This document shows positions 14,409 to 27,319 of a stretch of 64,000 nucleotides of DNA, piece after piece; position 1 is the stretch's first letter, and each line of letters begins with the position of its first letter. The DNA is from Podarcis filfolensis (Eukaryota): NCBI GenBank assembly GCA_964270895.1, contig OZ185436.1. One strand, given 5' to 3'. Made by a program: the position numbers and the translations under genes. The notes under the pieces are model-generated. The model did no database searches. It saw nothing but the letters and a program-made list of their open reading frames with translations, and was not told the DNA's origin.

Positions 14409-16157
14409 CTCTTCATGGATTTCTCATTTTCTCCTCAGGCGGCACTGACTGCCCACATATCAAGTGATCCTCTCACTCCTAAACTGCTTTAAAAGCGTGA
14501 AGAGTCTCACTCCTTTCTGGTCTCTTCACCCACCCAACCCACATTTTCTCTCAAAAATATTTTGTTTTTCTCCTTCCACTTTGCTTCTGCTTCAGCATGG
14601 ACAGAGGACAGAAACTGCCCACACTCCACGCCTAGACTACAACTGAGGAGAAAAGAAAGGGGAAGGAAGCACCTGCTCTCTCACACTCTGCTACTGCTGC
14701 TACTACTACTAGGTGGCTCTTCCGGGTTGCATGAGCCCAAAACTTTCTGTTATCCCTTGGTTGGGCAACAGCACCAATAAAATAATAAAATCAGAAATGC
14801 ATCACATTGGCCAGCCTAGCGTATTCTCCCACGTACGATCTTGATTGATTCAGGGCTGACCCTATCATTAGGTCAAATGGCACAGCCATCTCAGGCAGAA
14901 GATGCTGAGCAACTTAGAGCAGAATGGGATGTTATGTGCCAGCTAGTTTGCTGAACTCAGGTATGATGGAGGTGCTGCCCATAACCTGTGCCAGAGTAAC
15001 ATTCAGCTGCAGTCTTGTCGACTTCTATACATGGAATAAGGAGAGAATCTTGCCTTTTGCCTCAGGCAGCATAATGTCTTAGGCCGGCCTTCCTTGGGTT
15101 TCTTGTTACCATGCAATGATGTACATTTAGAAGTTGAGGGCTGCAGAAGGGGCTACAGCCCTCCTCAAAATTTGTTGGGAGCTGGCTGAGCGCCCCCAGG
15201 AATAATCAGGGAAAAAAGACTGTTGTTGCAATCAGGGTTTAAGTGATACTCTGTAATGTTATTTTAGTTGTACTCCAATCAGTTACAAGGAACATGATGC
15301 CATTCTTTCCTTCTGCCAATCAGCCCTTTCAAATTGACTCAGAATATTAGTTAGCCATTTATTTGATTTATAACCCCTACTGTCCCAGGGACAAGTGACG
15401 TGTTTATAATTTTTTTAAGGTAGTGATGAAACCATCCCCATTTCAACCAGAAGGGTTCAACAATCCCTCTTCCTAGGCAGCTCTGGAAAATGTAGCTGTG
15501 TGAGGGGAATCGGGGTCTCCTAACAACTCTCAACACTCCGAACAAACTACAGCTCCCAGAATTCTTTGAGGGAAACCATGACTGTTCAAAGTGGAATCAT
15601 AAGGCTTTAAATGTCTGGTGTAAATGTGGCCCTAAGTTAGTCATGCTTATTAACCATGTGGGTGCATTGAGGAAGACTGCAACACTATGTTGTAAGAAGT
15701 GAGCTTCTCTCTTCATTACAGATTTGAAATGGGCAATAGTTTGGAATATTGTTACACTGATGAGGCTGTATCTGCAAGTCACTTATCTGATATACAAAAC
15801 ACACACACACATACACAAATAAATAAATAAATAAAATAAACAACTGTGTTTATGCGAGAGCCTGGATGTTATGCATAGCTGCTTCAAGCTACAGATGTAT
15901 TATTTTTGACAAAGGTATGATGAACTGGGAACAAAATTTGCAATCTGAAAGGGGGTCCCCAGGATCTGTGCCCCGCCCCATAATTTGTCACTCCATTTCA
16001 TAAATGAAAATACCCCTAGCGGTCATTGAGATAGCTTGATTCATCAAGAAACCACTCTTCTATTTTGCTGCTTCTTTTCTTCACAGCTTTTGCCAAAATA
16101 AAAAATATTTTTAAAGTTCACAAAACTTAAAAGCACAAGCATCATGCGTAACGCATA

Positions 16158-16982
16158 TGTCAAGGCTGCCCAAGGTCCCAGCTCACAAAGGACCAACGCT
16201 GCTTTCTTGTTAAATACAAAAGTCTTTATTGAAGTTCAGTTTCACTTCCAGAGCTGCAGCGCGCAGCCCCACGTCTCAACTGTCAGACCGCTGATGACCC
16301 TTCTGAATCTCCTCCCCCTGTACACCAATTTGAGACCCTCGCCTTGCTCCACCTTTTCCGCTGCTCCTTCCTCCTCTGGGTCCGCCTGCCCGCCGGGGTC
16401 TCGCCCTTCCTAGCCTCTTCTGACGCTGATTCCCCTGAGCCTTCTCCCTCCCTCCGGCGGGCTTTAGGAGCTGGTTCCCCATCCGGGTCTCCTGCTGTCC
16501 CGCGCGCCTGTACATTTGAACTTGGCGCGCGCGCCCAGCCAGCAGTCTTCCTCCTAACCGTTTCACTGCTGCTGTCACTGCTTCCCCCTTCGGGTGGGCT
16601 AGCTGCAACTGACCTCCCCTCCATTCCCCCACTCTCCGATGGAGGCGTGGTCAGCCCTGACTTACTCTCCCTCCCCTCCGGAGGAGACGCTGGCCCTGAC
16701 ACATGTGACTCTTCCCCCCCACTACGCTCTGGTGGGGAAACTGGTCCCGATCCTCCACTGCTGCTTTGGGGTTCCCCTCTGGCTCCTTGTTTCTGGTGCG
16801 TCCCCCCTGGGACCCCCCTTGCCCTGACCATCGGTGCCCCCTTCTGGGAATCTTCTGATTCGCTGGAGAAGCTCATAGAATCTCTCGGGCCACTGTCATA
16901 GTCCCCTACGCTTCCCTCGGATTCTTCCCCTTCGCTCTCCAATTCCTCTCTCCCCAGTGCTCCTGCTCCTGATTCCCTGACA
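16158..16982 (-). mobile_element. Solo LTR (825 bp) of an LTR retrotransposon or ERV
   Basis: TGTCA...TGACA termini; exact 5-bp target-site duplication GCATA (16153-16157 and 16983-16987); minus-strand AATAAA at 16225-16230; GC-rich compared with the flanks. Confidence 0.88.
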
Positions 16983-17700
16983 GCATACAATTTCTACAGA
17001 ACGTTGTTAAAAAAACAAGAACCGACGATGTTATTCTCTCTCTTGCACATTGAGCAAATACTGTACCCCAACAAAATATATTAGAAAAAATGAACTGCAG
17101 TGTAACAACCACAGTAGCACACTTTTGCAGCCTTTTCCCAACACATCAAGCCATTTCCACACATAAGGGCATCACTTTATTTGGCACACATGTTCCGTCA
17201 TTTGACATACATTTAAGGTGAACAGGACACTGCCCCAGCAACCTCAGTCTGCCCTTTGCCAATCTCACCTGCCAGTCTTCTTACTTAAAACCCATCCTTG
17301 GGGGGAGGGGGAGCACTGGCTGTGTGCTTTCTCATTCTCCTTAATCTCAGTCCTCCTGTCCTTGTAGAACTCAGCAAGGAAGATGACGAGACAAAGGTAA
17401 AATTAGTTGGCTCTGCCTCTCAATGACTCTGGCTCCACCTACTGTTGGTTTCTCTGCCTTGCACCCTACTAGTCCCAATGGGCTGCAGCCAAACAAATAC
17501 AGCTGTCTTTTGACTATAAGTCACCTGGCTGCAGTCCTTTCATCAGAGGGATGAAAAGCAAAGCAAGAATATTCAGAAAGTCATTTTTCTGTTCTTTATG
17601 CATTTGGACACCTCTTAAGATATCATAACCAGATTCTGTGTGATAGTTCCTGAGCTCAAGAAACAGGTTTTCATCTAATTTTGGGTACAATTGGACACTA

Positions 17701-17915
17701 CAGTGGTACCTCAGGTTACATACACTTCAGGTTACATGCGCTTCAGGTTACAGACTCTGCTAACCAAGAAATAGTACCTCAGGTTAAGAACTTTGCTTCA
17801 AGATGAGAACAGAAATCGCACGGTGGCAGCTAAAGTGGTGCTTCAGGTTAAGAGCAGTTTCAGGTTAAGAACGGACCTCCGGAATGAATTACGTACGTAA
17901 CCAGAGGTACCACTG
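17701..17915. mobile_element. Tc1/mariner-type MITE
   Basis: Terminal inverted repeats CAGTGGTACCTC / GAGGTACCACTG flanked by TA on both sides; internal CAGGTTA subrepeats. Confidence 0.88.
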
Positions 17916-18809
17916 TATTGTGAATCAAGATACTGGACTGAAACTTTCTAAACTGCACTGATTTTGTTGTTTCTTAGAATACCTAAGCAATGTTGGGCAT
18001 AAGGCTGCTCATTGCTTATAAAACAATACTGGAGTAAGCAGTTCCACAAAGCACCTTGTTAGTTATTTTCCCCAAATTGTCTATTAATTCTCAACAAGGC
18101 AAATACTAAGTACTTAAGGGAAGGGTTGCCCAAATTCCCGAGGCATAAGCGCTTTGGAGAAACTCCCTAAACTGAAGGTCTAAACCTCTCTGTGGTCAGC
18201 TCTTGTGGGAAACTGATAACAAGGTACGCTGTCCTTGCATTCCTTTGCCTTTGTCTATTTCTTTGTCTCTACAAAGAAATAAGAAACGTTTTCTTGCAAA
18301 ACATAGGATTATTATTCATTTTAGTAAACTATGGAGAAGCATAATTGCCCTTTTACTCATGGCTGAGGAAATCTTAATAATTTGCATAGCAATTGTGTTG
18401 CCATGGCTACACCAGAGTTTCCTGCAGCCAGCCTGTGTAAAGTGGGGAAAGGCAGAGCACATTCCTAAGCTTCCGTTTCCACACTCCTGATATGCAGAGA
18501 GGCCTAAGGTTCATTACAGCCTTATTAAAGCAGAGTGGCACAGTGGCTGAAGTGCTGAGATGTGGATGCGGGGGGGGGGGGACTAAGGCTCAAATTTCTG
18601 CTCAGCTGTTGAGGCAGAGCAGGTGGCTTGGGCAAGTTACTACCACTCGATATAAGCCACCTCACAGGGTCCATTGTGAGGATAAACTACTTCTCACAGC
18701 TTTCGTGAGAGAGAATGGAGTATAACTATACCAAGCAAATAACCAATGCTCCTAAATTGTGTTTTTGCGACAATTTATTTCTGATAAAATGATCTGGCCC
18801 ACAAGAGCC

Positions 18810-18945
18810 TTAAACCGACAATGTGGACTATGGCATGTGCAAGCTTCTGCCATAATAAATTTGTTAGCCTTTAAAGTGCACCAAGAGCTAGTTGTTGCTG
18901 TTATTTTTGCTACCACAGGCTAACATGTGGCTACCCTTCTGGAAA
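18810..18945 (-). mobile_element. Penelope-like element terminal fragment next to a SINE
   Basis: aagcttctgcccataataaatttgttagcctttaaagtgcacc...ggctacccttctgg matches the pattern of reptile Penelope termini (from memory). Confidence 0.45.
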
Positions 18946-18947
18946 CT

Positions 18948-19296
18948 GTAAAGGTAAAGGGACCCCTGACCGTTAGGTCCAGTCGTGGACGACTCTGGGG
19001 TTGCGCGCTCATCTCGCTTTACTGGCCGAGGGAGCCGGCGTACAGCTTCTGGGTCATGTGGCCAGCATAACTAAGCCGCTTCTGGTGAACTAGAGCAGCG
19101 CACGGAAACGCCGTTTACCTTCCCGCCGGAGTGGTACCTATTTATCTACTTGCACTTCATGCTTTCGAACTGCTAGGTTAACAGGAGCTGGGACCGAGCA
19201 ACAGGAGCTCACCCCGTCGCGGGGATTCGAACCGTCGACCTTCCGATCGGCAAGCCCTAGGCTCTGTGGTTCAACCCACAGTGCCACCCGCATCCC
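18948..19296 (-). mobile_element. Sauria (Squam1) SINE, near full length
   Basis: Aligns by eye along its whole length with 9686-10037, in the same orientation. Confidence 0.9.
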
Positions 19297-20429
19297 TGCA
19301 TGCCAAAGTTCACATTTAGATGTGAGATGACTGTCCTGAAAAAAGGGCAACTGTCTTCAGAGCAGTCCTGTCAAAAGTAACTGACCCCGATATAAAATTA
19401 CAGTATAACGAAATGTTCCATAATTTATAAAGGGCTGTGACATGACACGTCAGCAGGTGGCGCTGCAGAATCACAATATTTAGGACTCTCAAGTCAAGAC
19501 CATTGGTACTTTTCATTTTGAGCAGCTGAAACAAAAGTCCTTGCAGAAGCCTTTGAACTGCTCTAATATTAACCCAGTACTGTCCGTCTACTGTAACTGG
19601 TGTTTGCTTCCTGGGGGCTCAGGAAGGGAATCTTTCCCAGTGCTGCTTCTCCTCATTGGATGTGCTATGAGTTGAACCTAGGACCTTGTGAATGAAAAGC
19701 TTACACTCTGTCACTGAGCTATGATTCAACAACTGCTTTCATTCATGTTCTTTCTGATACTTCACATTGGTTCAGGTGAGCCTGGGTGTGCGCAGCCCCC
19801 CACCCCATTTTCTAGTATGGGGTTGTTCCCTGGATTCAGGTAAAACACAGGCTGCTCCATCAAGCTAGAATTCCCCCCGCCTCTTCTGTTCTCCTGGTGT
19901 CTTAGGAGGGTGCCAAATGCCCTATGGTGGGTGCAACTGCTAGCGGTTGCTGTGGCTGAGTGGCCAGTAAGCAGTTTGGCGGTGTCTGCAGTGTGGGCCC
20001 AAATCTCAGGGACTCCACCTCTTTTACCCCTGAGTTGACCTTTCCCCCCAGAGAAGCAAAAGGTGAGTGTTGCTCCCTGCCCAATTCCCCTGGTGGGGCT
20101 GAACTGTTTCCCAGACCCATACCATGCAATGAGTCATGGTGGGGTGTGTCGGGATACCCAGATTGTCACAACACCGTGGGCTGCTTCTGCATCCATGTGC
20201 CATGGCTGTAGTGTCAGCGCTGATTCCTGGTTAGTTGGCTATGGAGCAGTTTCTTAAATTCAGTTTTGAAGCTTTCAGTGCACAACTTTCCTGGCAGGCA
20301 GCCTCATTTATTTTAGGAAGCAACCACCCCGGGCAAAAGCCATTGAGGCACCTGCAGTTGCCACCTTATTTTCCCCTTGATCTTCTTCTGTGACTGCCTC
20401 CCTCCCTTTCCCCATGTCACACCCTCGAG

Positions 20430-21240
20430 TTCACGAGCCTTTTCCTGCTTACTCAGAGATGAGTCACAGGTGAAGACATCGCTGAGCTGCTCCCAGAAGC
20501 ACCAACTTCTGACGACTCCCGGGCGTGAGCGGGCAGGGTTCGCGGCCAGGTGAGGCGGTGGGCGGGGCCGGTGCTGGGTGGGCGGGGCCAGCAGGTGAGG
20601 GGCGGTCCTGTGCCCTCCTCCCCCAGGTAAGCGGCGCCGGGGGATCCGGCGGGACTCAGGCAGCGGTCCAGCCCTGGATGCCTGGACAAGGAGAGATGAG
20701 GACGCGGCAAAGGTACGTTTGCGTCGCGGCGTCTGCTGGGTTGGGAAGCCTAAGCCGGTCCTTCCTATCTGTTGGGAGCGGAAACCTCCCCGCTCCCTTC
20801 CTCTCTCGAGTTTCTCAGTGACTCCTTTGTTTGCAAAGACTTCGGGCAATACAAATACCAGCGTCCTCTTGGGAGCTGAGTTCAAATCCAGGGGGTTGCT
20901 GTTCTACCTGTTGAAATGGGTCTCCGTGGGCTTCGAGCGTTGCTTCGTGGTGGGTCAACTTTTTGGAGACCTCTTCCTCTTCCTCCGCCTGCATTTCCAC
21001 TTCCTTCCTGCCTTCTCCGGGGCTGCTTTTCCTAAGGAGCCCCTTCTCCCCGCGCCCCGGGTCTTTCCCTTCCTGGTGTGTAGATCCAGGTGTGTAGGTC
21101 CGCTAGCGCCGCGCCCTTTGATATTTGCATCTCTTAGCCCGAGAGCAGCAACTCCCTTGTCGCCTCTCAAGATCGCGGCGAGTGAGATTACCTTGCTGGA
21201 AGGGGCTGGGGTGAGGGGCGGGAGAGAGAGACGGTGACAG
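20430..21240. promoter_or_regulatory. CpG island / TATA-less promoter, probably of the hyaluronidase gene
   Basis: High GC and CpG density against an AT-rich background; GC boxes (GGGCGGGG at 20560 and 20580); AP-1 site TGAGTCA at 20460-20466; several plus-strand splice donors (after 20549, 20594, 20626, 20712). Confidence 0.75.
20678..20712 (+). CDS. Candidate first coding exon of the hyaluronidase (MPGQGEMRTRQ, phase 2)
   Basis: ATG at 20678 and 20696 inside the CpG island, donor AAG|GTACGT at 20713. Phase 2 matches the 42033 acceptor and gives a continuous 508-aa (or 502-aa) ORF. Inferred from frame logic only. Confidence 0.4.
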
Positions 21241-22468
21241 GAATGAAGCCCACCCCTCAGTTTGCTTCTGGAATCAACTGGCAAAATCAACGGGGGGGGG
21301 GGGGCATCGCAGCAACCTGTTGAGTCTCTGCCCTGCCCAGCAACTCCACCCTAGGTATTTATTTCATTATCTGTGCTTGATAGTTGGAGAGATTGCCATT
21401 CTATAGAGAAAAAATTCACCCCATCTCTTCTGAATATTGATGGTTCCCCTGACCACAGCACCTGAACCTTGGTGTGTGTGTGTTTAAGTCTTGTTTTAGT
21501 GAAGACACCCTAAAGCTGTTGGGTAGGCTTTGTATGCTAGATGAATTTCAAACATGTACTGGCTGCCTGTGCATCATGTTGTACCCATTACCGAAATGAC
21601 CAAGCCTACTCAATAATGTTCTGATTCAGTCAAGCAAAGATGGCCCTTGATGTCCCTTCGAACTCTGCAATTCAGTGATTCTAAGATGGGGTTTGCAGGT
21701 ACCTTCTCTCATCTGGGCATTGGGCAGACCAGACCTCCTTAGCTTCAGCAAAATCGTGACCTCATGTGCCTTGAGCACAGATACCTTGGGGGAAACTTGG
21801 ATACGTAATACCCATTTCCCTCTCCAGAGTTCCTTCTGTGCCAATCCTTACATGCTGTCCTTGTTCAAGTGTCCTCTCTTAAAATACTTCTGTGGAGATT
21901 GCCACATATGTGAGCAAATACTCAAGGAGGAGGGGTGGGGAAAAACCTTCCTAAAAACCCGGCATTTCTTTTCCTTCATTATGCAACCCCCAGGACTGCA
22001 GTTGATCTGCCAATCAGATTTTTATTTGCAGTTTACAAAGGGTTTGCAGCAGCTGTGTGGAGCTTGCTGTGTAGAAGACGCTGTGGATGACATCAGCTGA
22101 ACGATTTGTGGTGGCTTTTGCCATCACTGAGTGCAGGGCATGGAGTGGAACAGTTTGTCTGCCCCAACACACCATGTACAGAGAGAGTGCCCTTTTCAGT
22201 GAAGTGCCCAAAGCTGATCGACATGTGACATCCACAGGTATCTTGAGCTCATGCAGCTGGCCAGGAGCTGCCTGAGAAATGCTACTGCTCTAAGCACAAG
22301 GTTCTTATGAGCACAGATGTGCACTAAGGATTGTGGACTGTGGAGTTCATGGAGTGTGCTGGACCAGCTTAGACAAAAGTTCTCTCAGGCATGGTGATAG
22401 CTACAGTCAGCTTCTGTTGGATATGAACTTGCTTGTCTGACTTCTCCCCATGATGATCAAAAACCCTT

Positions 22469-22707
22469 CCAGTGTGGTGTAGTGGTTAAGAGCGGTAGAT
22501 TCATAATCTGGGGAACCGGGTTCGCGTCTCCGCTCCTCCACATGCAGCTGCTGGGTGACCTTGGGCTAGTCACACTTCTCTGAAGTCTCTCAGCCCCACT
22601 CACCTCACAGAGTGTTTGTTGTGGGGGAGGAAGGGAAAGGAGAATGTTAGCCGCTTTGAGACTCCTTCGGGTAGTGATAAAGCGGGATCTCAAATCCAAA
22701 CTCTTCT
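22469..22707 (+). mobile_element. tRNA-derived SINE (Squam3-like)
   Basis: A box (TGGTGTAGTGG) and B-box-like GGGTTCG in the head, L2-like 3' region, CTCTTCT tail. Confidence 0.75.
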
Positions 22708-25100
22708 ATCAACATAAACAGACCTGCCAACATTCTCTCTAGCTCTTTGGGAAATGGGCTGAAACACAAGTTTCACTGGCTAAAAAAGCATTCACTCTAA
22801 TCTTAGCTATTTATTGCTAGTAGCATTGCCTGGTAGTATACTATAATCAACTGAAAATGGTGAATATAACTGCAACGGTTATGAATGTAGATGGTTATGA
22901 ACAGAAATGATCCTGCCAAATTGAGCCTTGTTTCCATTTTAGTGCATTGTCAACTGGCAGCAGCTCTCCAGGGTGTTATAGCAGAAAGGTGGTTTTGTCC
23001 TCAACATTCACCCAAATTTCTAGCCAAACTACAGACAGAGGCAGGTGCCGCATGTGAGCTTCATGGCTGAGCGGGGATTCAAACTCCAAGGTCCTAGTCT
23101 GACACTGTAGCCATGACACCACACTGGCCGCATTAGTGGCCATAGTCTAAGTATTAAACTACATGTGATGGCAGCAGATCATGTGCAGACCCCTTTTACT
23201 CTGACTCCCCTCCTCAATTTGGGGCAATTTAACCACAGCTGTAGAAGCGGTCCTGCAAACATGCCCTCTTTCTTCCTCTCCCCATATAAACTCTGTGATT
23301 GGGACAAATCCATGTTTTAAACACATGAATCTATTGCTGCCATGTGTACTTTGAGCCTTAACTGCTCTTTTGATCCATAAATACTCCTTAGCGCAGGAAT
23401 GCAAGCATTCACAGGCATTTTACAATATACAGTATATATAACGTTATAGTCCTTTAACAACCTCGCTAAGCCAGGTTAATGCAAGCAATTTTATCATGAA
23501 TGAGAACAGGCTTACAATCTGGGTGTGCATCTGTTACTTTTCTTGTATTGGTTTAAGAGAGGAAACAAGTTGACTGTTAGATTTGTCTCCCACAAATTGC
23601 TGTACCTGTTCTGTTCTGTGAGTAATGAACACATCATTGTTTATGTTTTAAAAGAAGCCTGAAATGATAAAAATATTTACAACCCGATTAAGAAATTAGT
23701 ATTTTGGGATATGCTCAAGGAAAAACCTGGTACCTTTTGAGCTTCTGCTGAAAAAATGTTTTGTGCAGTCTTCTGAAATGTAATCGGCCATCTGCCAGAT
23801 GAGACCCAGACCTGGAAACTGCTAGATAACAGCAAGGCAGGCTGACTGAGCTGAGTGTTTCAACATTTGAGCTTATGAATCCAGCTGTTTAAATCATTGC
23901 AGGATTTGTTTAGCTATGAACATGAAATTATGATGTCAGTTTGCTAATCCAGAGTGAGTGCTCTTTCCTGATGCATAACCTAAATATATCTGCATGAATT
24001 CATTTTCTGGAGAAGTAGGCATGCTTAGGAGAGCTTGATATTTAAGGGAAGATCGGTTAGCAGTACTGCCTCAAGCTGGAGAATATTATTTGGAGATTAG
24101 TGTCAGCTGCTACCAAGGGCAAAACTAAACTGACTGTAGCAGCATTGTAGTCTTTGCTACATGGGTGGAAATCTACAGCAAATGAATGCTAGGCAGCTAT
24201 TCCAGACTGAAACCAATTTGACCTGAAATCCAAATGAAATCTGCTGTTGTCATATCTGCTCAGAGTTGCCTCCCTGTTCTGTCCTTTGCCCGGATCCTTT
24301 AATGTTCAACGGATTCTATACCGCCTTTTATGGTTTGTTTACTTCCACGCATGTCAAAAGTGCCTTGCAGTGCAATTAGAGATGTCAAAACAGTTCAGAG
24401 AATGGGGTTCATTATCGTGGTCTCCTGTGGATGGCTGCCTCTGCAACGAAGCCAAAAGAGGAGGAAGAAAGAAAAGGAGCTGTTGTACAGTACAAGCGCA
24501 GCCCATTAATTCCTCCGTGATGGTGCTAGCCAACTGAAATGTGGCCATTTTTCTTAATAGGAAATTTTGAATTGGATGCAGGACACAAAGCTACCTCTTC
24601 TAGCTGCTCTTTATATGTGGGATGCTTCACTAGAACCTAGTTGTGATGGAAAAGTTCACTGCAACTAGGGAGTTCTGCATGCGTTCCTTCGCACGTATCC
24701 ACATTTTCACCTACAGTTGTTAGTCAGCTCAAGTGTTTGGCAAAGCCTTGGGCTGCTTTTCCCCTATCAACTCACAACAGGTTCTCGGGGCTGGATAGGC
24801 CAGTCCTAAACCTGTATACACAGCAGGAAGTTGTAATGAGTTCAGTGGGACGAAGTTTCTAGTAAGCATATGGTTAGGATTGCAGCTTGACTCTATTGGG
24901 TAAGGACAAGGAGAAAAACAGGCTAGCTTGGGCTTGTTTATGGATTAGGGTGAAACTTTCCACTTTCTACTAATCTTGCCTTTCTAAGATAAATTAGAGC
25001 CAAACTAGACACGCCACATAGCTCGCCCTTTTACAGTTGGTTTTACAAAAGAAATAGCAAGTGTGTTTCCTCTCATTGTGAATGGCAGGTGTAGTTTGTT

Positions 25101-25168
<68 letters not shown>
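25101..25168. repeat. Compound (TG)n(AG)n microsatellite
   Basis: Seen directly in the sequence. Confidence 0.95.
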
Positions 25169-25171
<3 letters not shown>

Positions 25172-26219
25172 CTATTGGATCCCATTAATCTTTGATGTGG
25201 ATGGTTATCCCATTTCTGCAAGGAGGAGCTGCCAACATGTGACAAAACCTCAACAGGAAATGGTCTAACCCTGACAGCAGACTTATTTTGGCTCGCACTA
25301 TATGCAGATCCTTTCTCCCACACCTTGAGGCAAAGACAAAATAGAGGATTGTATTCTCCTCTACGCATTGGGCCAGTAACAAATGAGAGGGCCCTATGGT
25401 TGTCATGGATGCCATGAAGTCTCAAGTCTGCCCATCTAAGGCAGCCTTGGAGTGAATGTTGAAGACCCACAAGACAAATGTCTTACAGTTCTCCATTATC
25501 ACAACTGTTACTTGCTAGTACTCTACCAGTTATGTTTAGTCAATGCTTGTTGATGTATATTTTGATACATCAGTGTCGGTGGCTGGTAGGCAGGAGGAAA
25601 GGCTTTGCAGAGAACCTTGTATAGTAAAGGATAAACGCATCTCTCTCTCTGTCTCTCCTTTGAAAATTGCACATAGAAAGCTTTGGGCTTCTGGTGTTGT
25701 TTACTTATTCTCTGGGCCATTTCAAAATATTATTTTTACCAGGGTGTCCACTGTCCACCTACAATGAAGCCATGTTAGATTGATAGTCAACAGATGTAGG
25801 TTCACTCACACTCTGAGGCTGGCAATACAAGGAGTGGAAGCAAGCAGCAGAGCATCATTCAGGGTCTTTTTGAGCTTTTACTGCAGGAAGCAACTGAGCA
25901 AGGGGAAGGTTTCTGGGCACTGCACCAGTGACAGCCTTAGAATGCACCTGTGCAGACAGCACCAGTTTCTCCGAGGCACAGAAGTCAGTCAGGAATAGCT
26001 GCATAGAGAAGAGCTCTCACTTTCAAGTCTCTTCCTACTCCCACCCCACTAAGAACAACTGTGGAGGATTTGGATGAGGGGAAGTACAGGATGTTTCCAA
26101 TGTCCCCACCAGTTCTCATAAAATCATAACACTTCTTGGTGTGCAGTAGCACCTGGGGCACCTAGCTAATGCCACAGAAACTGTGCCCACAAACAAAGTC
26201 ACACAGCAAGAAGGTCCAG

Positions 26220-26540
26220 CGCCGAGGGCCTTCTGGCAGATCCCTCCCTGCGAGAAGTGAGGTTACAGGGAATCAGGCAGAGGGCCTTCTTGGTAGTGGC
26301 ATCTGCCCTGTGGAACACCCTCCTATCAGTTGTCAAGGAAAGAAACAACTATCTGACTTTTAGAAGACATCTGAAGGCAGCCCTGTTTAGGGAAGCTGTA
26401 CACTGTATTGTGTTTTTAATACTCGGTTGGGAGTCACCCAGAGTGGCTGGGGAAACCCAGCCAGATGGGCGGGGTGGAATTGATAAATTGCCATTATTAT
26501 TATTATTATTATTAATAACATTACTACTACTATTATTAGT
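26220..26540 (+). mobile_element. L2 LINE 3' end with (ATT)n tail
   Basis: gtggctggggaaacccagccagatgggcgggg followed by ATT repeats; the reverse complement of this terminus recurs at 61912-62043. Confidence 0.7.
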
Positions 26541-27319
26541 GAATCCCACCCTTCCAATTAACATTTAAAGGTTCTCCCTAGACCTGAAATTTTAGCAGGT
26601 TTCTTATCTAGGGTACCTTTCTCATGTCTGCTGTTTTCAGACTAGTTTTCCTCATAACAAAAAAGGAGAACTGATTACTCCTTTTTTTAACTAACCTCAA
26701 AACTGTAAACACCATCCTCGCAGGAAAACCATGGCAGTTATTCACCACCTTGGAAGGGTCTATGATGCCTGAAAACTCCATCAAATTCTGCCCAAAAAAA
26801 GTACAGATGTGATGCTGATAATACCAAGGTTACAAGTTTTTCTCCCCAATATGGGACAGCTCCCTCCCTCCCTCCCTCTGTGCATCTGAAGAAGGCCAGC
26901 TGAGAAAGGAACATGGGAAACAACTCTCAACCTGGGCAAACCTCAAGTTGTTTTACAATCTCTCCCTGCAATTGTGTGAAGGAGATTCCCCAGGCAGCTG
27001 CATTTCTAGACATTTATTAGCTAGCATTCTGTATCACAAAGGGAATCATCAGGCACACAAAGGTAGTGGAGATGTCCTTGGTTGCAATCTATTTGGAGGA
27101 AATTATTCCATTCTGCTTTGCATGACTGTGCTCTCCAGGGTGGCCTCTTTTAAGAGTTACTGGCCACAAGAAAGCCCTGTAGCCCTTCCCTTTGGTATTT
27201 TTATTTGTCAGGAATCTCTAATCTATGGGAGCTCTGCTCCTTTCCTTCCTGAAGAGAACACCAGTTGCTCCTATTTTGCTGTAGCAGGGCCTGCAAAACA
27301 GGGAACGCTAGTCTTGATT

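Noticed and set aside
20313-20885. 190-aa minus-strand ORF and 172-aa plus-strand ORF (20719-21237) in the CpG island
   Set aside because: GC-rich sequence lacks stops; the products are low-complexity Pro/Arg/Gly with no recognisable family.
22469-22545. tRNA gene
   Set aside because: The A/B boxes belong to a SINE head that continues into a SINE body; the same applies to 9960-10037, 19220-19296 and 62982-63050.
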